Below are positions 19,689 through 29,343 of a DNA stretch of 64,000 nt, in pieces. The stretch is from an uncultured Anaerococcus sp. (GTDB lineage: Bacteria; Bacillota; Clostridia; Tissierellales; Peptoniphilaceae). A model generated the notes under the pieces. The model made no database searches, had not been told where the DNA came from, and saw only the letters and a program-made list of their open reading frames with translations. The DNA is taken from positions 2,476-66,475 of the forward strand of contig NZ_CALTUX010000004.1 of the NCBI RefSeq assembly GCF_943912825.1, in the 5' to 3' direction. Positions within the stretch are counted from its first letter, which is position 1. Every line of letters starts with the position of its first letter. Both the position numbers and the translations under genes were made by a program.

Positions 19689-21509
19689 TTACTTGCCTAT
19701 ATATTCTTCAGCGTTTTTTGCTGCATTTCTACCAAATACAACTATGTCTGTTACAGCATTGCCGCCAAGTCTGTTGGCTCCGTGGATGCCTCCTGTAACT
19801 TCGCCTGCTGCATATAGGCCTGGGATGGCATTGCCGTCTTTGTCTAGGACTTCAGACTTAGTATTTACCTCTACCCCGCCCATGGTGTGGTGGATGCCTG
19901 GTGAGATTTGAACTGCATAGTAAGGAGCTACTGATAGGTCGCTTCTTGTTTGATCCATGCCCTCTCTACCAAAGTCTGGGTCTTGGTTATTTTTAACGAT
20001 AGCATTCCAGCCTTCTATGGTCTCTTTGATTGTAGCTTCGTCTGTGCCAATTAAGTCAGCTAGGGCCTTGTAATCATCACATTTTGTGAGAAGTCCCTTT
20101 TCGAAATATTTGGCAATTGTTGATGATTGGTCCATCATTGATTGGTCTACTATTAGCCAAGCTGATGGGTCTTTTTGGCTTAGGATTTCTTTTGAAACGA
20201 AATCTCTTGTTTCAAGCTCATTTACAAATCTCTTACCGTCTTGGTTTACAAGGATTGCTCCCTCTCCCCTTAGGCCTTCTGAGATTAAAGATCCGTCTTT
20301 TTGAACTACTGTTGGGTGGATTTGAATTTCATTCATATCTATGAAATTAGCCCCAACTTCTTCTAAAAATCCTATAGCATCGCCTTGGATTGACTTAGCA
20401 TTTGTTGATACATAGCCCTTTAGGTCTGGGTTATATTTTTCAACTAATTCTTGGTTTGCACCAAAACCACCTGTTGCCACGATTACTGCCTTGGCATTGA
20501 CCTTTAGCTTTTCTCCGTCTGGATAGGTTGCTTCAACTCCAGCGGCCTTTCCATCTTCCATGATTATCTTATCTACCTTAGCATCATAAACTATATCAAT
20601 TCCTAGCTCTTTGGCCTTGGCAGTAAGTTTGCTTACTAGGTAAGAACCTACTGGGATTGATTTGCCTTCGTCATTGATTGGAGCGTGGGTTCTCATCTTG
20701 CTTTGACCACCAGCAAGTTTAAGCTGTTTAAGTGGAGCACCTTGCTCTTCTAGCCAATCAACAGCAGCAGCTGATTCGCCTGCAAGCTTTTCCACTAGTT
20801 CTTTTTTGTTTTTCTCATGGCCACCCTTCATGGTATCTTCGATGAAGGTTGCTACTGTATCATCGATTCCTTCTTCTTTTTGAAGCTTGGTTTCTGCAGC
20901 ATTCATACCAGCTGATGCATAAGATGAGTTACCACCTGTGATGCCTGCCTTTTCGATGATTGTGACATTTTTTCCATCTTCTGCCATTTGGATAGCTGCA
21001 GAAAGGCCAGCTCCACCTGCACCTACAACTACTGTATCTGTTGTTATTTCGGCTTCTCTTCCCTTTTCATCTTCCTTAGCTGCTAGGTCTTCTGCTTTGA
21101 TACCAGCCTGTTCTAGGGCAGAATTTACTGCTGAAAGGAAGGCTGCTGATGAGATTGTCGCTCCAGAAATATTGTCTAGGTCTGTAGAATTTTTGGCAAT
21201 GACTTCTTCCTTGATTCTTTCAAGTCCTGCCCCACCTACTGAGCTTGTCTCCTTGTGGTCTGCTTCGATGGCTGTAATTACACCCTTATCAAGGCTTACC
21301 TTTACCTTTATGTCACCACCGTAACCTTGAGCACTTCCCTCATATGTACCGCTTATACCAAATAGGTCTTTAGCTTCTTTTGCTGCTTCTTCTGTCTTTG
21401 TTTCTGCTTTAGGATTTTCTTTGCTAGCCTCTTTTGTAGCCTGATTGCCACATGCTGCAAGGCTAATAGCCATGGCTAGGGCTAGGCTTATGGATTTAAA
21501 TTTGTTCAT
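19689..21509 (-). CDS. lipoprotein flavocytochrome-c / fumarate-reductase-family flavoprotein with N-terminal FMN-binding domain (FrdA/UrdA-like extracellular reductase)
   Basis: Lipobox LAACG. FMN_bind-like segment GTYEGSAQGYGGDIKVKV...SGATISS. FAD_binding_2 domain VVVGAGGAGLSAAIQ...NGEVIPGLYAAGE. Confidence 0.8.
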   Translation of the reverse strand: MNKFKSISLALAMAISLAACGNQATKEASKENPKAETKTEEAAKEAKDLFGISGTYEGSAQGYGGDIKVKVSLDKGVITAIEADHKETSSVGGAGLERIKEEVIAKNSTDLDNISGATISSAAFLSAVNSALEQAGIKAEDLAAKEDEKGREAEITTDTVVVGAGGAGLSAAIQMAEDGKNVTIIEKAGITGGNSSYASAGMNAAETKLQKEEGIDDTVATFIEDTMKGGHEKNKKELVEKLAGESAAAVDWLEEQGAPLKQLKLAGGQSKMRTHAPINDEGKSIPVGSYLVSKLTAKAKELGIDIVYDAKVDKIIMEDGKAAGVEATYPDGEKLKVNAKAVIVATGGFGANQELVEKYNPDLKGYVSTNAKSIQGDAIGFLEEVGANFIDMNEIQIHPTVVQKDGSLISEGLRGEGAILVNQDGKRFVNELETRDFVSKEILSQKDPSAWLIVDQSMMDQSSTIAKYFEKGLLTKCDDYKALADLIGTDEATIKETIEGWNAIVKNNQDPDFGREGMDQTRSDLSVAPYYAVQISPGIHHTMGGVEVNTKSEVLDKDGNAIPGLYAAGEVTGGIHGANRLGGNAVTDIVVFGRNAAKNAEEYIGK

Positions 21510-21587
21510 ATTACCCCTTTCCTATGTTTTATATATGATATTTTTTAAAATAAAGGGCTACCAATTAAGATAGCCTCTATTTATTTC

Positions 21588-21968
21588 TTATTTTGCGTTT
21601 TTGATAGCTTCTGTTAGGGCAGATTTGAAGGCTTCGCTTGTTACTGTTGCGCCTGATTCGTTGTCTATTTCTGCACTATTAGCAGCTTTTGCAGCTTCTA
21701 CTAATTTTGGAAGAGCATCTTTACCGATTCCTTCTGTTTCAGCTTCTTCGTCGATTGTGATGTCTTTTATTGTATCGCCTTCCATTTTTACAGTAAGTTT
21801 GATGTCTCCACCGTAACCTGCAGCTGTAGCTGTTCCTGTTTTTTCTACTGCTTCTGCTGTTTCTGTTGCTGCTCCATCTTTTGCAGCGTCATCTGCCTTG
21901 TCAGCTGAGTTGCCACAAGCGGCTAAGACTAGAGCAAGGGCTCCAACTAAAAATATATTCTTTTTCAT
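21588..21968 (-). CDS. small FMN-binding-domain lipoprotein (PplA-like)
   Basis: Lipobox LAACG. GTATAAGYGGDIKLTV...SGATVTS matches the FMN_bind fold with the flavinylation S/T site. Confidence 0.7.
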   Translation of the reverse strand: MKKNIFLVGALALVLAACGNSADKADDAAKDGAATETAEAVEKTGTATAAGYGGDIKLTVKMEGDTIKDITIDEEAETEGIGKDALPKLVEAAKAANSAEIDNESGATVTSEAFKSALTEAIKNAK

Positions 21969-22058
21969 AATTTTCTCCTTTTACTTCTGTTTCTATGCAA
22001 GTATACCATTTTTATACAATTTTTTCAAGAAAAAAACCTTGTCATCGTTGATATTGCT

Positions 22059-23423
22059 TTATCTGAATACTTCTTTAATGACTTCTTTAATATTAGCAAG
22101 CTCTCTTACCTTTATTTCCTTAAAGTCCTTTGCATCCAGGGAGTTTTTGGCTAAATATACCTCTTTGTAGCCTAATCTTTCTAGCTCCTTGACCCTATTT
22201 TTGACTTGGGGAACCTTTTTAAGTTCTCCTGTAAGGCCCACTTCTGCTATGAAGACTGTCTTATCTGAAATTGGCTTTTTGAGGTAGGAAGATGCTATGG
22301 ACATGATTATAGCCAGGTTTACAGATGGCTCTGATAATTTTAGGCCTCCTGTGGTCTTGATTATGACATTATAGTCAAAAAGATTTAGGCCTGCACGCTC
22401 CTGAAGGATTGAAATTAGGGTATTTAGGTCATCACGCCTTAGGCTATCGCCGATTCTTTGGGGATAGGGCATGAAGGACTTGGAAACTAGGGATTCTATC
22501 TCTACTTCCAGTAGCCTTGACCCCTCCTTAGTCACCGATATGGCTGATCCTTCGGCTTCTACTTCCCTTTGGGTTATAAAATACTGGCTGGGATTGGATA
22601 TTTCTACAAGGCCCTCTTCATCCATTGAAAATAGGCCAATCTCCCCTGTCCTACCAAACCTATTCTTGCTTGATGTTAAGACCCTTAGGTCCTCATCAGG
22701 ACTCCCATCTAGGATTAGGACTGTATCTACCAAGTGCTCTAGGGTACGTAATCCTGCCATCTCACCTGTCTTTGTCATGTGGCCTACCATGATAAAGGCC
22801 CTTTTCTTGTCAGGGTTTTTGGCCAAGTTTACAGCAGCTCCTGCCACCTCAATTGTCTGGGTAGGCGAGCCCTGCTTGTTGTCAAATTCCTGGAGGCTAA
22901 AGGTCTGGATAGAGTCAAGAATTATAATATCTGCATCTATCTTCTTGATTTCCTTTATGGCTAAATCCATTGAATTGGTCGATAGAATCCAAAGATTTTC
23001 TGGCTCCGAATCCATTATCCTCTGAGCCCTTGATTTTATCTGGCTTTCGCTTTCTTCTCCCGACACGTAAAGGACCCTTAGTCCACTTTTTGCATAAGAA
23101 TTGGATAATTGGAGGAGGAGGGTAGATTTACCTGCTCCAGGCCTGGCTGTAAGGATTGAAACAGAGTCTCTGACAAGGCCTCCACCCACAGCCCTATCAA
23201 ATTCTTCATAAGCTGAGTGAATCCTCTCTGATTCGTTGATTTCAATATCCTTTAGCTTTTTTGCATCCTTATCATCTAGGATTAAAGAGCCCTTGCCCTT
23301 TCTTTCCTTGACTGTAACTTCAATAAGACTGCCCCATTTTTTGCATGATGGGCATTGACCAGCCCAAACATTTTGGGTGTGGCCACAATTTTTGCATTCG
23401 TAAGCTTTTTTGACCTTAGCCAT
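22059..23423 (-). CDS. radA: DNA repair protein RadA/Sms
   Basis: Zinc finger CKNCGHTQNVWAGQCPSCKKWGS, RecA-like Walker A TARPGAGKST, Lon-like C-terminal domain. Confidence 0.9.
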   Translation of the reverse strand: MAKVKKAYECKNCGHTQNVWAGQCPSCKKWGSLIEVTVKERKGKGSLILDDKDAKKLKDIEINESERIHSAYEEFDRAVGGGLVRDSVSILTARPGAGKSTLLLQLSNSYAKSGLRVLYVSGEESESQIKSRAQRIMDSEPENLWILSTNSMDLAIKEIKKIDADIIILDSIQTFSLQEFDNKQGSPTQTIEVAGAAVNLAKNPDKKRAFIMVGHMTKTGEMAGLRTLEHLVDTVLILDGSPDEDLRVLTSSKNRFGRTGEIGLFSMDEEGLVEISNPSQYFITQREVEAEGSAISVTKEGSRLLEVEIESLVSKSFMPYPQRIGDSLRRDDLNTLISILQERAGLNLFDYNVIIKTTGGLKLSEPSVNLAIIMSIASSYLKKPISDKTVFIAEVGLTGELKKVPQVKNRVKELERLGYKEVYLAKNSLDAKDFKEIKVRELANIKEVIKEVFR

Positions 23424-24717
23424 CTAAACCTTCTACAAATTTATTGACTGAAAATTCATAGACGGCTCTTTTTGGGTCTTCCTTGTATATTTTGGCAAAG
23501 ATATCCCTTGGGACGATGCCAAAGTCTAGGAGGGCTTCAAGCTCATCTAAGAACCTATTTTCAAACTCACTTAGGACTGGCCTTACGAGATCGATGATAT
23601 CTAGGACGTGTTGGTAGAGCTCTACATTTTCATAAAGAGCGAAAATCCCCATCCTAGCTGCGTTATATTTAAGCTTAGTAGCCATGTCATAGTCCATTTC
23701 GTTAAAGATGTCATAGACCTTGTCAAAAATTTCCTCATTAAAGAAGACACCCTTAATTAGGGCTAGGCCTGCCATATTATAAGGGAAAGGCACCTCATCT
23801 GCCATCCTTATTTCTATATATTTCTTGGCCCTAACATCTGGAAATACGATGGAAAGGGCGTGGTCTACAAGGGCATCGGCATTGTCTTCTGTCATGAGAT
23901 CTTCAAGGGTTTTTCTACCAACATAGACATCTTCTCCATCCTTATTTATAAAAATCATTGGAGTTTCAAGGATTCTTTCGGCATAAGTTTTATAAGATAG
24001 GTCAGGATCAAAGGAGAAATCATATAGGCCGGTTCTCATCCTGTCTGTATTATCCCAAATTGTCTGTCTGAGGTTTCTTTCGTAATAGATTTCTCCCTCA
24101 AAAATATAGGAATTGTCAAAGACTGAATAAATAAATGGCGAAAGGGCTGAGGCTAGGAAATATTTCCTCCTAAAGTCCTCCTCATCCTTATAATCAACAG
24201 CAAACTGCATGGAGGATGTTCCCTTCATCATATTGTGGGCCATATCGCCACCAAAATCAGCAAAATATTTATACATATAATCGTAGCGAGCCTTTGGAAT
24301 GACCTTGATATCGTCAATCTTAGTCCTTGGGTGGTAGCCAAGGGTCACAAGTAATTGACCCCTTTTTTCAAAAACTGGGACAATCTTTCTCATATTTTCC
24401 TCATAGAGCCTATAAAGGTCTTCTACAGAGGCCTTGGCAGAAATGGCAAGCTCAAATTGGCCTGCAGGCTCGATAGAAATATCCACCCCATGGCCCCTTA
24501 GGGCAAGGCCAGAGTCATCAAGGGCCTCATAGCCAAGATTTTTTAAGTCTTTAAGACTAGCTCCCACGCCATTTTCCCCATAATAGGAAATAGACTCCAA
24601 AGTGTCCTTATCCACAACAAAATGTTCAACTTCAAAACCCAACCTAAAATCAGCAGGATCCTTCTCACCGCTTCTTAGGTAGGCAACAATTTTTTCTAAT
24701 TTTTCTTCTCTATTCAT
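23416..24717 (-). CDS. glutamate--cysteine ligase-family protein (gamma-glutamylcysteine synthetase-like)
   Basis: GFEVEHFVV N-terminal motif and overall size resemble GCS-family enzymes. The assignment is tentative. Confidence 0.45.
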   Translation of the reverse strand: MNREEKLEKIVAYLRSGEKDPADFRLGFEVEHFVVDKDTLESISYYGENGVGASLKDLKNLGYEALDDSGLALRGHGVDISIEPAGQFELAISAKASVEDLYRLYEENMRKIVPVFEKRGQLLVTLGYHPRTKIDDIKVIPKARYDYMYKYFADFGGDMAHNMMKGTSSMQFAVDYKDEEDFRRKYFLASALSPFIYSVFDNSYIFEGEIYYERNLRQTIWDNTDRMRTGLYDFSFDPDLSYKTYAERILETPMIFINKDGEDVYVGRKTLEDLMTEDNADALVDHALSIVFPDVRAKKYIEIRMADEVPFPYNMAGLALIKGVFFNEEIFDKVYDIFNEMDYDMATKLKYNAARMGIFALYENVELYQHVLDIIDLVRPVLSEFENRFLDELEALLDFGIVPRDIFAKIYKEDPKRAVYEFSVNKFVEGLDG

Positions 24718-24847
24718 AATTACCTCAAATCTATAATCATATTATACGATTATTAAAATTTAATACATTTATAAATTTATTTAAAAGAAAATTTTATAGA
24801 AATAAATTTTGACGTATATTAATCCTATAAGAAATTAGGAGGAAAAA

Positions 24848-26329
24848 ATGTCTTGTACAACAATATTAGTAGGTAAAAATGCCTCATACGACGGATCAAC
24901 CTTAGTAGCTAGAAATGAAGATTCAGGCAGCGGAGAGTATTGTCCAAAAAAATTCATAAAAGTTGACAAGAAAGACCAGCCAACTTTATATAAATCAGTC
25001 ATATCCCATGTAGAGATAAGCTTACCAGACAATCCCATGTCCTACACAGCCATGCCAAATGCGGTAGATAATGAAGGAATCTGGGCAGCCTGTGGAGTCA
25101 ATGAGAAAAACGTCTCAATGACAGCCACAGAAACCCTCACAAGTAACGAAAGGGTCCTAGGAGCAGACCCTCTTGTAGTCTACAAAAAGGCAGAAGATGG
25201 TAAGGAGGAGATAATCGGAGGAATCGGTGAAGAAGACATAGTCACCATCACCCTTCCCTATATAAATTCAGCTCGTGAAGGAGTCCTAAGACTAGGAAGT
25301 CTATTAGAAGAATACGGCACCTACGAAATGAACGGCATAGCCTTCCAAGATGAAGGCGAAATCTGGTGGCTAGAAACCATAGGTGGCCACCACTGGATAG
25401 CCAAAAAAGTCCCAGATGATTCCTATGTAATCATGCCAAACCAACTAGGCATCGACTCATTCGACCTAGAAGATGCTTATGGAAAAGGCGAAAACCACCT
25501 TTGCTCTAAAGATTTAAAAGATTTTATAAGAGATAATTTTCTAGACCTATCCCTAGATGGAAAGCTTAATCCAAGAGATGCCTTCGGTAGCCATTCAGAT
25601 GCAGACCACGTCTACAACACACCAAGAGCCTGGATTCTTCAAAGATTCTTCAATCCAAGATCTAACATCTGGGATGGGGAAAATGCAGACATAAGGCCAG
25701 ATGACAATGATATTCCATGGGCAAGAGTCCCTGAGAGGAAAATCACACCAGAAGATATAAAATACGCCCTCTCCCACCACTACCAAGGCACAAAATACGA
25801 CCCATATGGCAAATACGCCAACAAAAAGGGAGCCTTCAGGCCAATAGGCATCAACAGAAACAACTTCCTAGGCCTAGTCCAAATAAGACCATACATGCCA
25901 GAAGGCGTAAAATCCCTAGAATGGTTAGCCCTAGGCTCAAATGTCTACAACGCCATGGTCCCATTTTATCCAAATGTAGACGACACCCCAGCCTACCTAA
26001 GGGATACCACAGGAGATGTAACAACAGAAGACTTCTACTGGACCAACCGCCTAATAGCAGCCCTAGCCGACCCCCACTACGCAGATACAGCAAACCTCAT
26101 CGAACGCTACCAAGAAGAAATGGGCGCCATGGGCTGGGAAATAGTCCACAAATACGATAAAAAAGTAAAAGAAGAAAAGCTAGAGGGAAAGGCCTTAAAA
26201 GAAGAATTAGAAAAGGCCAACCAAGAAATAGCAGCAAATCTTAAAAAAGCAAGCCTAAAACTTTTAGACAAGGTCTTATACGAGGCAAGTAATAAAATGA
26301 AAAATTCCTTTGCTAGAAGTGATGCTTAG
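24848..26329 (+). CDS. C69-family dipeptidase
   Basis: N-terminus MSCTTILVGKNASYDGSTLVARNEDS, with the nucleophile Cys immediately after Met. Confidence 0.85.
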   Translation: MSCTTILVGKNASYDGSTLVARNEDSGSGEYCPKKFIKVDKKDQPTLYKSVISHVEISLPDNPMSYTAMPNAVDNEGIWAACGVNEKNVSMTATETLTSNERVLGADPLVVYKKAEDGKEEIIGGIGEEDIVTITLPYINSAREGVLRLGSLLEEYGTYEMNGIAFQDEGEIWWLETIGGHHWIAKKVPDDSYVIMPNQLGIDSFDLEDAYGKGENHLCSKDLKDFIRDNFLDLSLDGKLNPRDAFGSHSDADHVYNTPRAWILQRFFNPRSNIWDGENADIRPDDNDIPWARVPERKITPEDIKYALSHHYQGTKYDPYGKYANKKGAFRPIGINRNNFLGLVQIRPYMPEGVKSLEWLALGSNVYNAMVPFYPNVDDTPAYLRDTTGDVTTEDFYWTNRLIAALADPHYADTANLIERYQEEMGAMGWEIVHKYDKKVKEEKLEGKALKEELEKANQEIAANLKKASLKLLDKVLYEASNKMKNSFARSDA

Positions 26330-26352
26330 AACTTATTTTCAATAAGATTATT

Positions 26353-26430
26353 AGAGGGAGAGCCCGGGGCTCTCTCCTTTCCTTTATAAAATGATTTTTT
26401 AGGGGCATCCCCTAAAAATCCCCTTTTTTA
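26353..26430 (+). terminator. two consecutive terminator hairpins downstream of the dipeptidase gene
   Basis: ggagagccc-g-gggctctcc (26356-26374), then aggggcatcccct...cccctttttt with a T-run at 26424-26429. Confidence 0.7.
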
Positions 26431-27420
26431 TTATCCAAGATAATAATATTATTGTTTTATTATCCAAGGTAATATTATTATTAACTGTTACTCTTCGTTA
26501 TTTTATCACTAAATAAATTATATTTATATACTATTGAATCTCCGTCTCAAGGGGGAGCCCCAAGGGACCTTCCGCATGGTCCCTCATCGGTCTCCCCCTT
26601 GTACCCCCTCCCCGTTACACCCCCAGGCGGCCCCTAAAGCGGGGAGCATGAACAGAAGCTTGCCTTCGGCAAGCCTCTCTTTGTAGATGTAAACCCTTGT
26701 ATTAGCTATCCATATCCTTACTGATTTTGACATTCCGATGCCTAAAAATCTCAATCTAGTCCAAATTCTTGTTCTGTATAAACTATACATCTCAGTAGTT
26801 ACAGAAATTTAATTTAAACTCGTGCGTCAGGAGATTTTCTTAACGGCATCTCCACTTACAAAATCTCCCGACCTTGGGAGAATTATTTTGTATTCTTAGA
26901 GAATATTAACGTCAAAGTAGGTCTAAGGCTCGTTTGCCTTTGGCAAACATTGAGATAATAGGGTATAAAATACTAATCTATCGGGAGATTTAAAAGCAGA
27001 AGTCACCGTTAAGAAAATCACACTGACAACCATCCTTAAATAAAAATATTGTAACTACTAAGATGACAAGTGACTATAAAAAGCCAATTTGGACTAGATT
27101 GTGATTTTTAGGGGACTTTTGATTTTAAATCAGTAAGAACAAGGCTAGATAAATACGAAGTAATCCGTTATACTAAAGAAGATTTTTGAAAAAAATCTTC
27201 CCCTTTCGCACTCCGCTTTAGGAGCCGGGAGGGGGTGAAATGGGGAGGTTTAAGGAGGGGCATGAGGGGGCATCGGCCGCCCCCTTCGCCCCTCCTTTAT
27301 ACGGAGATTCAATTGTATATAAAAATAATTATCTATAAGACGAAGATACGAAGTATTCATGTTAATAATATTATCTTGGATAAAAAAAAGAGGGTCTTAG
27401 GGGGATGCCCCCTAAAACCT
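26395..27420. repeat. about 1 kb imperfect palindrome (two inverted arms of roughly 500 bp) with GC-rich G-tract cores and terminal terminator-like hairpins
   Basis: Arm-to-arm complementarity traced by eye: ttatccaagataata...attgaatctccg at 26431-26545 against 27297-27383, ctccgctttagg / gggggtg-aa-gggga cores, cttactgattt...caatctagtccaaatt...tagtagttaca...gattttcttaacgg at 26720-26850 against 27000-27130. The centre is near 26907-26947. Confidence 0.7.
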
Positions 27421-27439
27421 TCTTTTAAAAATTGATTAT

Positions 27440-28123
27440 TTATTCATATTTAGCCAACAAGTTATTTGCTTGTTTTATTAATTTTTCTTGTTTGACCATT
27501 AATTGATCAAGCTCTGCCCTTACTGATTTTATTGTTTCTGGTGTGAATTTGATTAGTAAGTGGCAAGCGTTTAAGGTTACTTCTGCTTGTTTTTTGGCTG
27601 CCCTTAGGCCTGCTATGGCTTTTTTGTTTGCTTCTGACTTATCTTTATTTTCTGGCTTTTTATTTTCATCCTTTTTTGGAGCTTCTTTTTCAGGTTTTGC
27701 TTGTGTTTGGTCTAGCTCTCTCATCCTGATTTCTATTCTATCGTCATTTCTATAACCTACAAGAGGTACATCAAATTCACCTTCTGCTACAAATGGCGCT
27801 CCTGGTTCATCCGTTTCTTTTAGCTTGAAGGTTACTCTTTCGCCTCTCTTATATGTTGCTTTATTTGTTATTTTACCGCCCCAAAATTTATTTGGAACTC
27901 CATTGATATAGACATACTCTGCTTTATAATAGTCGTTGTATTCTTTAGATTTACCTACTTTTCTTAAAAGTGTAAATGATAGGTCTATTGTATCATTTTT
28001 TGTAGCTTGTTCTTCTTTTGCATAAGCTACATTGCTATCTAAATTTGCACCTAAGCCAAATCCTAGGGCGCTTATTGATAGGCCTAGGGCCATAGTCATC
28101 ATTATTTTCTTTGATTTTTTCAT
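27440..28123 (-). CDS. secreted hypothetical protein with Lys/Glu-rich coiled-coil C-terminus
   Basis: Signal peptide MKKSKKIMMTMALGLSISALGFGLGA...AYA|KEE. No recognisable enzymatic motif. Confidence 0.55.
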   Translation of the reverse strand: MKKSKKIMMTMALGLSISALGFGLGANLDSNVAYAKEEQATKNDTIDLSFTLLRKVGKSKEYNDYYKAEYVYINGVPNKFWGGKITNKATYKRGERVTFKLKETDEPGAPFVAEGEFDVPLVGYRNDDRIEIRMRELDQTQAKPEKEAPKKDENKKPENKDKSEANKKAIAGLRAAKKQAEVTLNACHLLIKFTPETIKSVRAELDQLMVKQEKLIKQANNLLAKYE

Positions 28124-28248
28124 TTTTTCCTCCCCTTTTCTTCTTATTTATACATTTTATCTTTTAGCTTGTAAGTTTCAAGTTATTTAGCTTGTTTGCT
28201 TTCTTTGATAAAAATATTACCGAGATTTGTATCCCGGTAATATTTTTT

Positions 28249-29334
28249 CTAGTTTATTCTTTCTGTTGTTTCACCATCGAAGAAGTGTAGGGCTTCTGGA
28301 TCTAGGGCGAATTTGGTGTTATCGCCTATGTTGTATTCTAGGTGGCCTGGTTGACTTATTACTAGGTCTGTTCCATCTGCCATCTTTGAATAGATTATTT
28401 GTTCTTTTCCTAGCATTTCTATTACTTCGATGTTAGATTCTACTGTGTTGTAGTCTCTGTCTTCTGCTATAAATCTCTCGCTTCTGATACCGAGGTAGAC
28501 TTTTTTGCCTTCGTAGTTTTTAAGGACTGCTGCGTCTTTGTCGTTGGCTTTTATTTTCATTTGGCCAGAGTTATTGACGAACATTCCATTTTCTACTTTT
28601 CCTTCTATGATGTTCATGGTTGGTGATCCGATGAAGCCTGCTACGAAGAGGTTTTGTGGTCTTTCGTAGAATTCTACTGGAGCTCCTACTTGTTGGATAA
28701 TGCCCTTATCTAGAAGGACGATTTTTGTGGCCATGGTCATGGCTTCTGTTTGGTCGTGAGTTACATAGACACTGGTTGTATCTAGTTGATTGTGGATTCT
28801 TACTATTTCTACCCTCATGTGCTCTCTTAGTTTGGCATCAAGGTTTGATAGTGGCTCATCCATTAGGAATACTGATGGTTTCCTTACTATAGCACGGCCT
28901 AGGGCTACCCTTTGTCTTTGACCACCTGAGATATCGCTTGGTCTTGAGTAGAGGTAGTCTTTTAGCTGTAGGATTTCTGCAGCTTCTTGGACTCTCTTGT
29001 CGATTACTTCTTTTCTCTCATTTTTCATTTTTAATGAGAAGGCCATGTTATCATATACTGTCATATGTGGGTAAAGAGCGTAGGATTGGAATACCATGGC
29101 TATGTCCCTATCTTTTGGCTCTACTGTGTTCATTATCTTATCGTTGAATGATAGGGTTCCTTCTGTTATTGAGTTTAGTCCTGCTATCATTCTGATTAAG
29201 GTTGATTTACCACAACCTGAAGGACCTAGGATTACACAAAAGTCCTTATCGTCTATTTCAAGATTTATATTTCTGATGGTAAATTTATCTCTACCTTCGT
29301 ATTTTTTTCCTAAATTATCTAATGTTACGCGCAT
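28249..29334 (-). CDS. sugar ABC transporter ATP-binding protein (MsmK/MalK type), paralogue 2 of 3
   Basis: GPSGCGKST, SGGQRQRVALGRA, FLMDEPLSNLD, TOBE C-terminal domain. Confidence 0.9.
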   Translation of the reverse strand: MRVTLDNLGKKYEGRDKFTIRNINLEIDDKDFCVILGPSGCGKSTLIRMIAGLNSITEGTLSFNDKIMNTVEPKDRDIAMVFQSYALYPHMTVYDNMAFSLKMKNERKEVIDKRVQEAAEILQLKDYLYSRPSDISGGQRQRVALGRAIVRKPSVFLMDEPLSNLDAKLREHMRVEIVRIHNQLDTTSVYVTHDQTEAMTMATKIVLLDKGIIQQVGAPVEFYERPQNLFVAGFIGSPTMNIIEGKVENGMFVNNSGQMKIKANDKDAAVLKNYEGKKVYLGIRSERFIAEDRDYNTVESNIEVIEMLGKEQIIYSKMADGTDLVISQPGHLEYNIGDNTKFALDPEALHFFDGETTERIN

Positions 29335-29343
29335 TTTTCTCTC

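Noticed and set aside
26395-27420. The GC-rich structured cores as a fragment of rRNA, tRNA, tmRNA, RNase P RNA, or a group I/II intron.
   Set aside because: There is no tRNA cloverleaf or CCA end, no tmRNA tag-reading frame, no RNase P GGAAAGUCCGG-type motifs, no group II 5' GUGYG / domain V, and no RT ORF. The two small ORFs (26584-26790 minus strand, 27235-27435 plus strand) are mirror images produced by the palindrome, have no RBS, and are rejected as coding.
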